A stretch of DNA of 64,000 bases from Squalus acanthias (taxonomy: Eukaryota), in contig CM059425.1 of assembly GCA_030390025.1 (NCBI GenBank), positions 166,658,001 through 166,722,000 on the forward strand, given 5' to 3'. Positions 63,561-64,000 of this stretch are shown here, in pieces. A program made the position numbers and the translations under genes. Under the pieces are notes generated by a model. It saw nothing but the letters and a program-made list of their open reading frames with translations, was not told the DNA's origin and ran no database searches. How positions within the stretch are numbered: the first letter of the stretch is position 1; each line of letters opens with the position of its first letter.

Positions 63561-64000
63561 TCTTGTTGCTGAAGCTGCAGTTCATCAGATTGATTGATAT
63601 GAACAGAGTGACATTATTGCATGATGCAAGTCGTTGTCTGCTACCTGGTTAAGCCTCCATATTAGCATGCAAAAAAAGCAAGCTCCGGAAATGCAGCAGA
63701 ACTCAAGCCCCAGGCTCCAGAAAGTATTAAGGGTGGGGTCTATGCAGGAATCCATTGTTGCAGACATTTTGAACACATAAAAGGCAACTCTATGGGTAAC
63801 TTTAGTGATTTTACTGGGAAATATTTAATTTTATGGGGCCGGTTTTGTCCCCATTTTCGGGCGGGAATGGGATGGTTATAGGCTGAAAACTAACAGTGCT
63901 GAATTTACCAGGCTAATCTCGCCTATGTCAGGCCTGCCATGATTTTGCAGCAGTCTGGGAAACAGGGGAGGAGCCTACTTAAATATGCAAATCAGGCTCT

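Overview
This 64-kb window is eukaryotic, repeat-dominated DNA. The CR1, DeuSINE and Penelope repertoire suggests a cartilaginous fish such as a shark, but that is inference. I could not support any host protein-coding gene. The window is a layered stack of mobile elements. (i) PIF/Harbinger DNA transposons: two near-identical young full-length copies at 2158-6446 and 50688-54826, each with an intact DDE transposase ORF and a convergent 3-exon Myb/SANT partner gene. There are also two older full-length copies (about 27238-32022 and 42311-46549), two ancient relics, and several Harbinger-type MITEs with 3-bp TSDs. (ii) Many CR1 LINEs, some nested in each other. (iii) Two related solo LTRs with 4-bp TSDs and a third LTR-like insert. 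(iv) tRNA-headed SINEs and L2 fragments. (v) A Penelope-type hairpin insertion carrying a minimal hammerhead ribozyme motif. The most notable observations are a LINE that appears to carry a tRNA/Pol III SINE head and no ORF1, together with a SINE that looks like its internal-deletion derivative; the hammerhead hairpin; a shared extended palindromic Harbinger target consensus; and a poly-G frameshift at the same spot in both young Myb genes. Boundaries without a stated TSD are approximate. Family names come from recognising motifs by eye, not from database searches.
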